In this document: piece after piece, positions 51,633-64,000 of the stretch
Numbering within the stretch: the stretch's first letter is position 1
Layout of the letters: every line of letters starts with the position of its first letter
Source of the DNA: the human T2T-CHM13v2.0 reference genome, Homo sapiens
DNA: 64,000 nt
Direction: 5' to 3' (one strand)
NCBI RefSeq assembly: GCF_009914755.1
Contig: NC_060926.1
Program-made: the position numbers and the translations under genes
The notes under the pieces: model-generated
What the model was told of the DNA's origin: nothing
Database searches by the model: none
The model's input: only the letters and a program-made list of their open reading frames with translations

Positions 51633-52230
51633 TTTCATTTCATTTGTTCTTTCATTCATTTTTCTGATTACTCATTTGTAATATATTTACTGAGCATCTA
51701 GCAGATGTTATTAAGTTTGTTTGCACTATAAACCCCTTCGGCGGCCAGATGAAACCTACGGATGCCTACTCAGAACGTTTTTTAAAGCATTAAATAAAAT
51801 ACACAGGATTACAAAGAAAGCCAATTCCATTGAAATACAGTTTACCTTTGGACCCTGTGGCCAGATCCTGTGCTAATGCCAGGCTATAAAATAGCAGGAA
51901 TTACAGGAGGAACATTGTCCTCATGCAGCTTAGGGCCCAGTGAAGGAGCCCGCTGAGCAGGAGGCAAGTGAAGGCTCCCATAAGAGAGGCCTGGGGTGCC
52001 TAGGAGCACACATGAGGGCACCAGGCTCCATCCGGGTGGAGGTTGAAGGAAAAGAGATTCCTGAGTATCTAAGAAGGGATCCAAAGGAATTGACCAGGAA
52101 AGAGGGAGTAGGAAGATAGTTGTGGTGAGAAAGAAAAGTAAGAGCAAAGAGAAGATTGAAGAGTTTGGAGAACTGTTCTAGTTCAGTATTTCTGGAGTGT
52201 AGAGTCAAAAGGGGTGCTGAATTTCTGGGC
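51633..52230 (-). mobile_element. L2 3' fragment, interrupted
   Basis: (TTCA)-like tail then ATATTTACTGAGCATCTAG; purine-rich L2 antisense downstream. Confidence 0.5.
51730..51845. mobile_element. MER119-like (hAT-Charlie) fragment
   Basis: CTCAGAACGTTTTTTAAAGCATTAAATAAAATACACAGGATTACAAAGAAAGCCAATTCCATTGAAATACAGTT. Confidence 0.6.
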
Positions 52231-53699
52231 AAAGATGAGCTCAGGACAAAACACTCCTGAGTCTGCTGCTGTGTTGAATGAGTTTATTGTACAGCAGCTT
52301 TGCCCAGTAAAGACAAGTGACAAGCCTGTAGTGACCTTGTTGGGTTTTGCTCACTGTTGCATCTGCAGTCCTGAGCACAGTGTTGCATTAAATAATGGTT
52401 ACATGAAGGAAACACAAGCCCTCTGGGTTTCTCATTCCTAGGCCAGCATGTTATAATGCATTTTGTGAGGACTCACAGCTGTGTATGAGAGCATGCTCAG
52501 TCAGTTCCTAAAACAGGATCTTCTACAACTCTCATTCCTCTCCACCTCTATATTCCTGGCTTCGAGTAGCTGCCCCATCCTTCCATCTTTGGCCAAAATG
52601 TCAAGTTCTTGGCTGCATCTGTGGGAGTAAGGCCTACAGGTGTGAATGGAGCCCAAGTATTGAGGCTCACCCAGGAACACGTGGGAGGCTATGGACACTT
52701 GCCACCATGGCCACCATGCAGATTCAGGGATCTCACCCCACTCTGTCACCAGGCTTCACAGAGCCATCCAGTGGTTGTTCCCATGGTCTTCTTGTTTCCT
52801 TTAAAAGTACAAGAGTCGTGCTCTAGGTTTCTGGGGTTTCCTTGGTCCCTTCTAACAAAAATCCCCACCAACAATCTCCAGAGTTCACAAAAACGTGGCT
52901 TGCAATGTACCCTACACATTGATATGCATCTGTTTCTCAATGTTTAAGGGACAAGATAAGGATGGATAGAACACCCAATGGGAATAGGGGACATGGGTAT
53001 TCCCTGAGAAGAGGTAATAACTAGTCAGATGTTAGAGCTGCAAGGGAGCTTAGAATGTGGCTAGCTCAACCCTTTTCCCTCATTGAGGCCCATTTACCAT
53101 TGAAATGAAAGGGTTGAACTTCGTTATGTCAACTGTGGCCTTGAATAGGGTGGTAGAAATTAATTAAGTTGTCTAAACTCTCAGAATTTAGCAACTTCAA
53201 CTCTAAGATGAATGGTTTGAATATGTCTTTGAAAGTTCTAGCTAAGCATAAATGCTATGATTTTTGAATCATATCAGACACTTTCTCTATACATAAGTCT
53301 AATTTTCACCAGAAATGTAGCCTTCTTTTTCTTTCTAAGAGAGATTGACATATAGCTAAATTTTTAAAATTGATCCACTTTTTGTCATATGGACACTATT
53401 TTGTTATGGTTATCCTACAATTCATGAGCCAATTTGCAGCACAAATCTCAGATGATATAAGTGAATTATTCACATTTCACAGTGGTAACATAGTAGTTTT
53501 TCATTTCCCATGTCAGTTAAAATATCTCCTATATTCTATGTTATGTATTTTTAAAAAACCTAGGAACATGCACATATTCTCTGTTTTGGAATATGTTTGA
53601 GAACTTGGCACCATGAACAATGTGTTTGCGAGAAAGAACTGAACCAAGTAAATTTCACATAACCTGGTATTCTCTATTCCAGGAGCTCAGAAATGTCAT

Positions 53700-53870
53700 T
53701 CTGACTGATAGGAAGATCCTAATGTCAGTAGCCTCCTGATTTGGTTTAATCGGAGCCTCAGCTCATCAGTTAATTTCACTGTGTCTGATCTTTCATTCGT
53801 AAAATGAGAGATAACCTATCTGACAGCCAGATAAAGAGGAATAAAGTTTGCAAAGCACTTAAGACATCTA
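53700..53870 (+). mobile_element. MIR
   Basis: TTTCATTCGTAAAATGAGAGATAACCTATC...GCAAAGCACTT. Confidence 0.5.
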
Positions 53871-56631
53871 CAGAATGAATTGAAGAGAAAAAGATAATAA
53901 TCCACTCGGATTATTCTTTGATGACATGGCAGATTGGCCTGGTGACATAATTTATAGGCCTCTTTCTTTGTCCACAAAAGGACCTTAGGCTCTGTGAATA
54001 TGTTTCCTTGGAACTCTACTAATTTTTGGCATGTATCAGGCCCTGACCATGACCTAGATTTTGAGCAGAAGATCAAATGAAGCCAGACTAGACCACTAAA
54101 ATTCTCCTGCATCATTTTTTCCGCTTATACTAGAGCACATACATATTTAAAAGAGAAAAACATGAAAAAAGGCATCTCTAAATCAAAACTACATTTGAAA
54201 ACTTTGTCCAGGAATCCTTGCAGATGGGCACCAAAAGTCAACAAGACAAGCTGTCTTTTTGTAAGACAGCTTATAAAATATCCATGGGAAAATGTGTACA
54301 TTGTAATTCTACAAAAAGGGATCTTATAGAAAAGTCAGGCACATAAGTATGGATTTCCAAAGTATGAATGTCAGTAAGTAAAAGACTGCAAGAATTCTAG
54401 AAGTTTCTAATTCGGTTTCTGATTGTGGAATTTGCCTTTGCCTGGAACAAGAAGCCCAGCTGTTTTACGATAGGGTCTTTTGCCTCCTAGCAACACAACA
54501 GACAATGTGTGCCTTAAATAGCAAGGCTGTTTTCAAGGACTACATCTCTTGGTTGTCTGCAGTTTCAATAATATTTTCTGGAGTTATAATTCATGTTGCA
54601 TAGCAGTTATTTCTTTTATTGTTTGTTTACTCAAAATTTTGACCTAGCAATAAATTCTTATGGATTTTATTTTTTGATGCATTAAGTTTAATTGGAGCAC
54701 AGGACTTCCATTTTGGGGTTCTGGTATTCTTTAAAAACATCATTGGTCTTTAAACTGAAAGGTTTGATGGAATATTAAATTTGATGAATCATAGCAAGTG
54801 TCTGTGTTTGTTAGCTTTTATAGACCATATTATTCATTAATAAAGTCACACTACATTGCCTTGAGTGGGTTCTAAAAGGTTAATGACTTGATGCAGGCTG
54901 GTGTGCTTACTGTTTGAGGGTGGCTTGTGGCAAACTTAGTTCACTTTAAAATTGGAATACAAAATAAAGATTATAATTTTAATCTCAAAGTCCAGAAATT
55001 TATTGGTCTCCTTCCTCTTTTCCTCCTCCTTTCTCTTCTTCAACCATCACCAAAAATCTTGCTCATTCAGATGTATGTGGTTTGAAGCCACTGGCTAGTT
55101 AGCTTCAAGATAACTCTGGAGGGGCAGTAGCATCACCAGAGAAGTCACCCTCCCTCCTGGCTGCTCCTACAGTGACCCTCCAGCAAGCAGACGCTGACTC
55201 AACTATGAATCACCCATTTTGAAACAAGAGCTGTTATTTGAGAAGTATACTGTTAACTGTTTGATTTTTTTTCCTTGGAGGCTCTGTTTTGGAAGACAAA
55301 ATATTTGCAACCTTCAAATAAGAATAACTTATATAGCACCAATTACAAGATCACCTGTGTAAAGGAATCCATTGCATATTTGTTGACTGACTGAAATCAA
55401 GACTCAAGGAGGCACGTTCTCCTGTTCTGTGGTTAGAAGCATTTGGAGTAATTATTACATTTGGATTGTTTACCCCAGAGATTTTCTGAGTCAAACTTTT
55501 ATGTGTCAGAAACAGTATTAATTTAAGCCAGACTGGGATTGTGTGGTTGCTTAAAAAAATAGCTAAATTGTTCAATTCCTTAATATTAAGTAAAGGCTCT
55601 ACAGATACTTAACGAAAATCCATGAAATCTATATCCTTCTCAGAGGAAACCTTCTCTTGACAAAGTCAAGTGTGAGGGTAAATTTATCTTAAAAAGAGAC
55701 TCGTCCAGTGCCTTGATTCTGTTGGGAGTTGTTAGTAAAATAAATGACTCAAATTGGTTTTGTGTGAGAAACAAATCAAAGCATTACCGGGGCGTGCCGG
55801 GCTGACCTGCAGTAGCTTAACCATTTCCTGAGCAATGAGAAGCTGCTAGATTGGATGGGTGATAGTTCCCGTGCTAGTCATTGTGGAGAGAAAAATAAAA
55901 GTTCATAAAAAACAGGCCACCAAGGGTTATATGGCTGCAATTGTTTCCAGGCTGAAACAATTTCGTATCTGTTTGTTATTGTCAGTATCTTGTTATATTG
56001 TTCTTTCAGAATCAATAAAAGCTAAACTCCCTCCATGGTTTTACTACTAAACTTTCCTGGAAGGATGTGTAACACTGAAAGTCAAGAATGGCAAAATAGG
56101 CAAGTAAGCAGAATGAATGATGATGAGTAAAATGTAAACCCACTTTAGTTAACAACTTTTTTTCTGAAAGTTTTTCTACTAATATAAAACATATGGAAAG
56201 ATTCTTGGTGTTTTTGTTTTCATTTTTGTATTAATGTGTGAGGTAATTTTTTTTCTTCAGAGGAAAGAAAAGAGCAAACACACATAGTAGCAATATTTTT
56301 ATTTTTATTAAGAAAGGCTATTTTCAGAGGATTCTTTATTCTCAATTTTTCCACACTTCTCAGAGTCCCTTGCTGGCAGTCACTGTTGCGGGAGGTTGAA
56401 TTTATCCTGTTTAATAGTAGTTGTTATATTGAATGAGAAGGCGGTTTTATTAAAACTAGTTTAACAAGCATAATCATTTGCATTTTTCCCCTGCTCTATG
56501 TTACTCATCCATATCTATTTACGGCTGAGCACAATAGTCACTCTTAAGTATTTAATGCTTCTTGATGATTGGAATTCCCAGAAATAACTCACCAGCATTG
56601 GAGTCCAAGGCTGGACACAGTTCTGCTGAAG

Positions 56632-56834
56632 TTGTGGTGTGCTGGTAAATATTTAACAGCCAGTTCCTGGGAGTCGGGATAGGGAGGGAAGCATTTGCCA
56701 GTGTTCAAGGTGTAAATACTCACATCATAGCAGATTTGAAACTACCAACCTTCTATTGCTGAGTAAGGCATTGGGAAGACAGGTACACATTGGCTCTTGC
56801 CAGCCAGTTGTGAGTTGGCTTGAGTATGTTACTG
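56632..56834. mobile_element. MER63A (hAT-Blackjack)
   Basis: GTGGTGTGCTGGTAAATATTTAACAGCC...GGTGTAAATACTCACATCATAGCAGATTTGAAACTACCAAC. Confidence 0.75.
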
Positions 56835-57109
56835 TAGACTCTCCACCAAGTTAAGTGATTATGATTCTATGATTATTTAACAGATTGGAAAAGGAGAACT
56901 CTGTTGGTTTTATTATTTTTTTTTACCTAAAAGTTATGAAAACAATTGTATCTAAATATTGTCCTTGGATATCAATATGTGCTGACCTTACCCAAGCACT
57001 GTGAGAAACTAGTTCTCGCACATTTCTTTTTCTAAAAATTCTTGGTTGTAACAGAATGTCTAGGTAAAAAATTTCTCTCCGTGGGGAAAAATAGAAGAGT
57101 AAATTATTA

Positions 57110-57656
57110 TTTTTTCCCAGCTTTATTGAAGTATGATTGATAAATAAAAATTGTACTCATTTAGGGGATGTAATATGATGTTTTGATATATGTATACATT
57201 GTGAAATAATTACCACAATCAAGCTAATTAACACATACATAATCTTCCATCATTACCTTTTGTGTGTGTCTGTGTCTGTGTGTGTGTGTGATGAGAAAAC
57301 TGGAAAATCTACTCTCAGCAAATTTCAAATATATAATATATTATTATTAACTATAGTCAACAAGCTATACATTAAGTTTCCAATACTTAACTCACCTTAC
57401 AGCTGAAGGCTTGTACCCTTTGACCAATATCTTCCCAGTCCCTCCACCCCTCAGCCCCTGGTAGTGAACATTCTACTTTCTGCTACTAGAAGTTTGACTT
57501 TTTTTTTTTTTTTTTTTAGATTCCACATATAAGTGAAATCATCTGGTATTTGTCTTTCTGTGCCTGGCTTATTTCACGTAGCATAATGTCCTCAAAGTTC
57601 ATCCATGTTGTTGCAAATGGCAGGATTTCCTTCTTTTTTTCAGGTTGAGTAATAGT
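57110..57656 (-). mobile_element. L1MA (L1MA8-10-like) 3' end
   Basis: CAGCTTTATTGAAGTATGATTGATAAATAAAAATTGTA...TTAGATTCCACATATAAGTGAAATCAT...TTCATCCATGTTGTTGCAAATGGCAGGATTTCC. Confidence 0.88.
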
Positions 57657-57859
57657 AGAATGGTAAATTGTAGTGGGCGATCCAGCTCTATAATTTTAAA
57701 AAGTTTATTTTTTAAGATATGGTCTCATTACTGAAATTAGAGTCTCTGTAGAATGGGGAAGCTTTGAAGGACCCATTCATAGGGTCAATAAAAAACAATG
57801 GGCCACTGATATCTCTACATCTTTTATAGACAAACAGAAAAAATAGGGACTATCATAAA

Positions 57860-57872
57860 ATATATATGTATG

Positions 57873-57903
<31 letters not shown>

Positions 57904-57906
57904 ATA
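57860..57906. repeat. Imperfect (TA)n microsatellite
   Basis: Read directly. Confidence 0.9.
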
Positions 57907-58469
57907 GGTTAATCATATCTCTAAAGTACTTTAAAGAAAGCTATATAGAGTAAAGCTTATCATTTGCAGCTGTTAAAGAGGAATGCCTGCAATGTGAGCA
58001 GCCCAGTTTGAAGATAATGGATTTATGAGTTGCAGGAAGCAAAATGTGTGATCGCTTGGGCCAGAATCTGTTAAGTATCATGTTGCTATTTCTCCCCTTT
58101 CTTCCCCATCTTAGGTCACATCTCAAATATGAACATCACCCAGAGGTTACCCAGGTGATCCCAGGCCATCTCGGGTATGCAGCTGTGCAGAACTTGATCT
58201 TGAAGGACAGATGGCATTAGGGGGAGTTCTTTTATACCTTGCACTGACCAGGGCTAAGTTTCTGACATTTCTGTCTGCAGACAACAAAAGGCTTTCATCA
58301 TGAGCTGCTTTCTGATGCGTGCTTAAAACCAAGTTGAACGCATTAAAAGGGCGAAGAAGCAGAAATCTACTCGCTGTGCTCTGTGAAGAATTAAATAAAA
58401 TTTTGATGGGGGTCGAAGGAAGGAGAAATAGATTTTAAAAAATCTTTATGCTCTCTCCTCCAAAAACTT

Positions 58470-58531
58470 GGATTTAATGTGTATTTTGGGCTAATTCTAA
58501 TTCTCCATTCATGCCAATACACATTAAATCC
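58470..58531. repeat. Inverted repeat: perfect 16-bp arms, 30-nt spacer
   Basis: GGATTTAATGTGTATT (58470-58485) / AATACACATTAAATCC (58516-58531). Confidence 0.93.
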
Positions 58532-58994
58532 TATATTTTCTTTAAAAATAGACATTTTAAATAAAATGTTTAATGCAAATTACATTTAGCTGAGTTTGAT
58601 CTCCCTTTCTGATTCGAGTAATATTATGATTCTTGCAAGCCCAAACCTTCCCTTAGCAAAATTTAATGTTACCGGGATGCGGTATGCTTTCATGAATTCC
58701 CCTCCAAATTTTTCCTTTTTCAGCTAGAATATTTTCTCAGACCTCCTTCTCTCTAATGTTACTAAAATCCTTTGAAGTATTATCTAATTACAGAACTAAG
58801 ACTTAACCATGTCCTTTTCAGGAAACTTAAAATAACTCTTTTATCCTTCTAATTTAGTACTTTATTCCACCATATATCCACACCAGTCCTTCTGACCCAT
58901 CATATTTCTGAAAAGTACAAGGCAACATTTCTGAAATTTAGTTATTAATTGTATTACATAGAGGCTATATGCGTGAGTGAAAAAAATAGTGTTA

Positions 58995-59925
58995 TAATAA
59001 CTAACATTGCTTGAGTTACACGACTGTCCCAGGAATTATTCTAAGTGCTTTATGTGCATTTTTCATGTAATCATCACAATAATCTGGAGGAGATAGATCA
59101 TATTCTTATTATCATCCCCATTTTCCAGATGATAAAGCTAAGGCACAAAGAAATCATGAGACTTTTGTAAGATCACAGGACAAGTCAGTAAAGGCAGGAT
59201 TCGAACTCAGGTTGTCTGGTTGGATCATTCACATTTTTATCCACTTTTCCATGCTTCTCAGAGTGATCTTACCATTTGTTTTGAAAGCTCTATTCAAGGC
59301 AGTGTGTAGGGTGGATAGGACACTGGACCAAAGACCAGAAGATGGGCCTTTAACCTGATTTTTTTTCATGAATTGGTTGCGTAAACTTGGACAAATCAAC
59401 ACCTCTGGAAAAAACAGTAGGCAGAATTCATCACATTAAGTCCTTTTATAAGCATCTTATTTATTTTCAGTAAATAATGCTGTCAGTGGGAGGCCATCTA
59501 AGCAGGGCCTTTAGGATCAATATTGAATGCGGATTCTAGGGTGAGACACTCTGGTTGACACAAGGCTGTGGTTGATGTGGGACTTCTGGGTTGAATCCCT
59601 ACTCTGCCTCTTACCAGATGTGAGATAGACAAGTTAATCACACTGCCAGAGCTTCTGTTTCCTCATCTATAAAATTCAGATAATAAAAAACGTTCACCTG
59701 AGAGAGTTGTTGAGGATACTTGAAGAGTTAACCTTAAAACACTTAGCACAGCATCCATATGCTTTGCTGTGTGATCCTGTGAGGTTACTATTACCAGCTC
59801 CATTATACAAATGAATAAACTGAGGCAAGGCCTAGAGAAGTTAAATAACTTGTCCAAAGTCATTCGTCTTGTAAGTGGTGGAGTCAGCATCCTAACTCAG
59901 GCAGATGAGCTTTCAATGAACACAC
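58995..59925. mobile_element. Cluster of MIRs in both orientations (~58995-59260 -, ~59295-59410 +, ~59560-59750 +, ~59785-59925 -)
   Basis: ATCATCCCCATTTTCCAGATGATAAAGCTAAGGCACAAAG; CTGTTTCCTCATCTATAAAAT; AGAAGTTAAATAACTTGTCCAAAGTCA. Confidence 0.75.
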
Positions 59926-60131
59926 CATCTTTCTCCCAGGACTAGGAGGAAACTTTATGTTATCTATTACCTGACTGTTTACTAACTGTTTGTTTTCCAG
60001 GATGTCCTCCACATTCCACAATTCAGTAGCCAAAGGATTGAACTGATACCTGCAGAAGACTTCCTGGATTCCCTCTCCAAGACCCACAATCCACTATGAT
60101 TGGATAAGGCCTACCCTCTAATTGATCAGTA

Positions 60132-60133
<2 letters not shown>

Positions 60134-60175
<42 letters not shown>
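60134..60175. repeat. (CA)n microsatellite, about 21 units
   Basis: Read directly. Confidence 0.97.
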
Positions 60176-60179
<4 letters not shown>

Positions 60180-63121
60180 TCACCAAGGCTTGGTTTCCTT
60201 TTCTAAAAAACAAAAGAGGGTAAAGGAATGCCCTCCCAAGTCTCTTTCTAAAATTTTCAAGTTCTACAGGCTCAGTAGGCATCCAGCCTCTCAGCACTAC
60301 CCTATGTCCCCTATGCCCACGTAGATAAACTTGTTTTAATAAAAGCTAACTTCCGATTTAGCACACAGTATTAAGAATTAAAGTTGGATGAAGCTATTAC
60401 TGTTACGAATAGCCTTGGGCTATTTTTCAATTCACCTATGTCATACGTCAAGTGATTAAGAAAATCAAATGCTGTATCCAGGAAAATAGAACATGAAAAG
60501 GCAGGAATAATGTGTGTCTTTAGGACACCCATTTGAACACAAAAGAATTAGGGCCCAAATTTCACTATATGTCAAATGTGAATTTATTTCTATAAAAGGC
60601 TTCAGAACTCTCTAAGCTTTGCATTGTCTGAAGAGTGCTACAGAGCCATCTGTGACTTGTAGTGGTTGCATCCAGATCTTTGAAAATGCTTTTTCTTCTT
60701 AATCAAGTTAGGATATTGGATTTCCAGAAGAGTAGGATCTCTATATTTTGATACTCGCCTGATTTCTTAAAGCTCCTAAAGGTGCCTTTTGACTTCCTAA
60801 CTGATTCTAACAAACACATGGCTTCAGTCTATCTGGCTTCCCCTTTGTCTAAGAACACTGACATTAGGAGTTGCCAATTGGCACCTCTATGTGGACACCT
60901 TCCACCCAGAAACCATGTTGAGTTTTCAGGTTTCACAATGATGCTGATTTGAGTCAGCACTGTTGGAAATGAGGGTCTTTTTAAAAATGCTTCAGATTCC
61001 CAGTTATTCCTACCTTTGTCTCTTCAGTCCTCAACATCCTCTGGGGCAAAACTAGAGAGCTGCACTGTTTCTGTGTGAGGTGAACCTGCGTCCACAGAGG
61101 AGCAGCACTCACGTTCCCCACTCAAGACCTGTGTAATTTATTTGTAGCAAAGCTCCATCCTTAATTCACTATTATCTTGTCTTTCTGGCATCCTCCTTCC
61201 CTCTGTGCTATGCATGTTGGGGTCGGTGAGGGGAGCAATGACCCAGAGAGGGGCATCTTTTGCATGGCAAAGTCCTTTGGATGAGCTGAGGATTCCCATC
61301 TTGACTGAAGTTTTCCAGTTTTTAAATCTCATCTTTCATTTTGTGATGCTTGATAAAGATAGCAAAGTAATATGAGTTAGTAAATGTTAACACGTGCCGC
61401 AAATACAAAAGCAGTTTATTCTGTCATTGATAATGGAGGAAAATATGCAATAATAGTATTGAATTTGCACTCATAGGTAAAAGCCTTCATTGCAAAGCAA
61501 AATCTGATTTTTGTTTGTGACCAGCATGAATGCTGACCTCTGCCCTTTGAATGATCTTTCCGTCTCCCGGAAAGTTCATGAAAAGGTCATGGAGCTGCGC
61601 TGACTTCCTCTGTGTGTGCATGGACGTGTCTTTGCTATTGATCCAGGAAAAGACCATTCTGTGGTTTTGTTCATTTTATTTTTAATGGAAACCTAATCAG
61701 TAATTATAAAATGTTTCTAGAAGAATTCACGCCTGAGTAAGTGAAGAAAGCTAACCTCATTTCATGCTGATTATTTAACCTTGGTCATAACTCCCAATTA
61801 AATGCATTTCTTGAACCCGTAACAAAGCAAAATATGGCACTTACTGGTCAGAAATTCAAAGCAGGAGAGAGAAAACATGGCTTAATAGCTGGAAATAAAA
61901 ACATCAGTGAATTTTTCTTATGGATTCCTTCATGTCAAATTCCTATCATGAGTGACTCGCAGTTTTCCCTTTAGATCATCTTGGCATCATCGAGGAGCAA
62001 AAATAAAAATGATTTCTAGTATATTCTTGTGGTGATTCCTTCTTTTGATGCTGCCTGTCACTGTAAAAAGGGTTATGAATCTCTGGAAACCTGCTGTACT
62101 GTCGGCAGCATAGGCACCAGTTTTCAAATCAGACGTCAGTAACTGGAACAGTTGGAGGGTTTTAAATCTCTACGAGAAAACTATTGCCATTTACAAACAA
62201 CAAGGATTGTACTGAAATGGTGAAAAATGCACTTGCGTCATATTTAGAATGATTGTGTGTGGGAGGATATAACAATACTTTTCAGGACTGTAAGCCATAC
62301 GTATATTCATATCTTGTGCTATTTATCTTGTAGATATACAGCGCTGGGAGTTCTCTACTGCTAGCTGTTAGGCTCGTAGCATTGAGGAGGAAAGATCCCA
62401 AGGCTTGTCACTGCCGTATATCACTGCAGCTGTGCCCTTTGATTACACTGGGGCGCCACCAGTCATTAATAACAGGGAAAGCTTTTTGTCTGGCAAATGC
62501 ATCACTGTACAGTCTTTTCTTAACACCTAGGCATCTTGGTGCGGTAGCAAAGGTAAATTAAAGATGAAGCTTGTTTATTTTACAGCCACACTTGTGAAAA
62601 TAGAGGTGGCCTTTCCAGAACCATTCAGGAAAATGTATTTTTCCCTTGCCTTGTAAAATTGAAATATTTTCATATTTTGCATTTGCTGAAGGGAATCCTG
62701 TCATTAAGTCACTCAAACAAACAATTTGAGCACAATGTAGTTATGATTTTAATTCCATCACTGTCACACTCATTTGGCTACCAGAGGGTTACAAAACAAG
62801 CTATCATCCAAGACAACAATTACTGTATAGACTTAAAAACCCAAATGTGTTCCTGGTTGAAGATTCTTGAAGAGCATAATGTGAATGAAACTTGCATAGA
62901 ATGTTTTCCAAATGCGGAAAAAACAACACAGTCAAACTTGATGCTTACTGAATGTGTGGCTTTGAAAGGCTGATGCCAGAGGCCTGTTTTCTAGGCAGTA
63001 GTGCTTTCCTATCAAAAGTAATCCCGAAGCTGACCAATTTCTGAGAAGCCTGATCCACAGTAAACTAACTCACAAGAAATGGGTTTATAAATGCCACCTC
63101 CCTATGTCAAATGTTGTACTC

Positions 63122-63281
63122 TTTTTTTTTTTTTTTTTTTTTTGAGATAGGCTCTCTCACTCTGTCACCTGGTCTGGAGTGCAGTGGTGCAATCACAGCT
63201 CACTGCAGCCACAAACCTCCTGGTCTCAAGAGATCCTCCCACCTCAGCCTCCTGAGTAGCTGGGATTACAGGTGCACACTA
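63122..63281 (-). mobile_element. 5'-truncated AluJ right arm or FRAM
   Basis: T-tail, GGAGTGCAGTGGTGCAATCACAGCTCACTGCAGCC...GATCCTCCCACCTCAGCCTCC; left arm absent. Confidence 0.9.
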
Positions 63282-63529
63282 TAGTTTTCATTTTTAAGGC
63301 AAATGACACTGAATTCCCTACGATGTTCATTATATAAAGTTTATTTTAAAATAATGTTAGGGAAAGAGGCAGTCTATTTAGAGAACATTATTAAGGAATT
63401 CAAAGTACAGAATAGGTACATGGTTAGGACAAAACACCATGATTGGCATATGCAAATTACCAAACTATTTACTAAAGTTTGGACAACACTATTAATCAAC
63501 TTTAAAAACTGCCAGGATAATCATTCTAA

Positions 63530-63790
63530 AATATGAATTAAATCCCATCATTGCCTCTACATAAAATTGCTCAGCAGTGTTCCAGTATCTACAGGATCTG
63601 ATGCCTGCCTCCTCTTCCAAACCTATCTCTGTCCTCAACCCTACTCACAACCAAATTCTGCCCCTTCTGTGAGAATGCCACTCCCTCCCCGAGGGTTCCT
63701 CCTTACCCCTTACCCCTCAAGACTCGACTCAAATGTGAAGACTCCAGCCCTCAACCCAAGCATTCAGGGCTCATTTGGTCACTATCCAAG
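63530..63790 (+). mobile_element. L2 fragment
   Basis: CTTACCCCTCAAGACTCGACTCAAATGTGAAG and pyrimidine-rich L2-like context. Confidence 0.45.
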
Positions 63791-64000
63791 GGTTCTGGGC
63801 TAAAAGCGGTGGGGACCTCAGGTGAGGATGGAGCAGTCCAGGAGTCAGGTAAGATGCTTCAGTGGAAATCACAGAGGTCTGCTGAGGTCAGCAAAGACTG
63901 ATGTCTCCCCAGCATCCCTCCTGCTTCAGCCTGCTTGGTGCCTATGCTGTGATTGACTGTTTAAACCAGCCCTGGGGAAGACTGTGGGAGGAAGTAGGAA

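Noticed and set aside
54248-54272. Small perfect hairpins (AAGCTGTCTT/AAGACAGCTT here; also 29851-29876 and 6160-6184)
   Set aside because: Stems of 9-10 bp are near chance expectation; intrinsic terminators do not apply to mammalian DNA
63815-63856. Donor-like CAG|GTAAGA near the window end
   Set aside because: No convincing upstream acceptor or ORF; isolated donor motifs are common

Overview
Primate (anthropoid, probably human or another ape) non-coding genomic DNA, intronic or intergenic. I can support no protein-coding exon, RNA gene or CRISPR array; the ORF track consists of chance ORFs and repeat-derived ORFs. The window has a typical mammalian repeat landscape: 8 near full-length Alus plus 1 truncated Alu (J and S subfamilies), a short L1PA 3' end with a perfect 17-bp TSD, old L1M, L2 and MIR fragments, MaLR/ERVL solo LTRs (MLT1, MLT2), DNA transposon fossils (MER1B x2, MER5A/B, MER46C, MER63A, MER94, MER103C, MER119, MADE2) and microsatellites. 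Repeat names come from recalled consensus sequences and need RepeatMasker/Dfam confirmation. The most unusual structure is four short paired duplications (about 145-215 bp, about 85-93% identical by hand alignment) of apparently unique sequence within 34 kb. Two of them share a hub at 32.07-32.51 kb: its left half has an inverted copy about 2.5 kb upstream, next to a truncated MER1B, and its right half has an inverted copy about 2.4 kb downstream. Other signals are a probable micro-inversion of an AluJ A-rich linker, a CpG-rich promoter/enhancer-like element with an adjacent CTCF motif (25.8-26.7 kb), several perfect hairpins and enhancer-like repeat-poor blocks.
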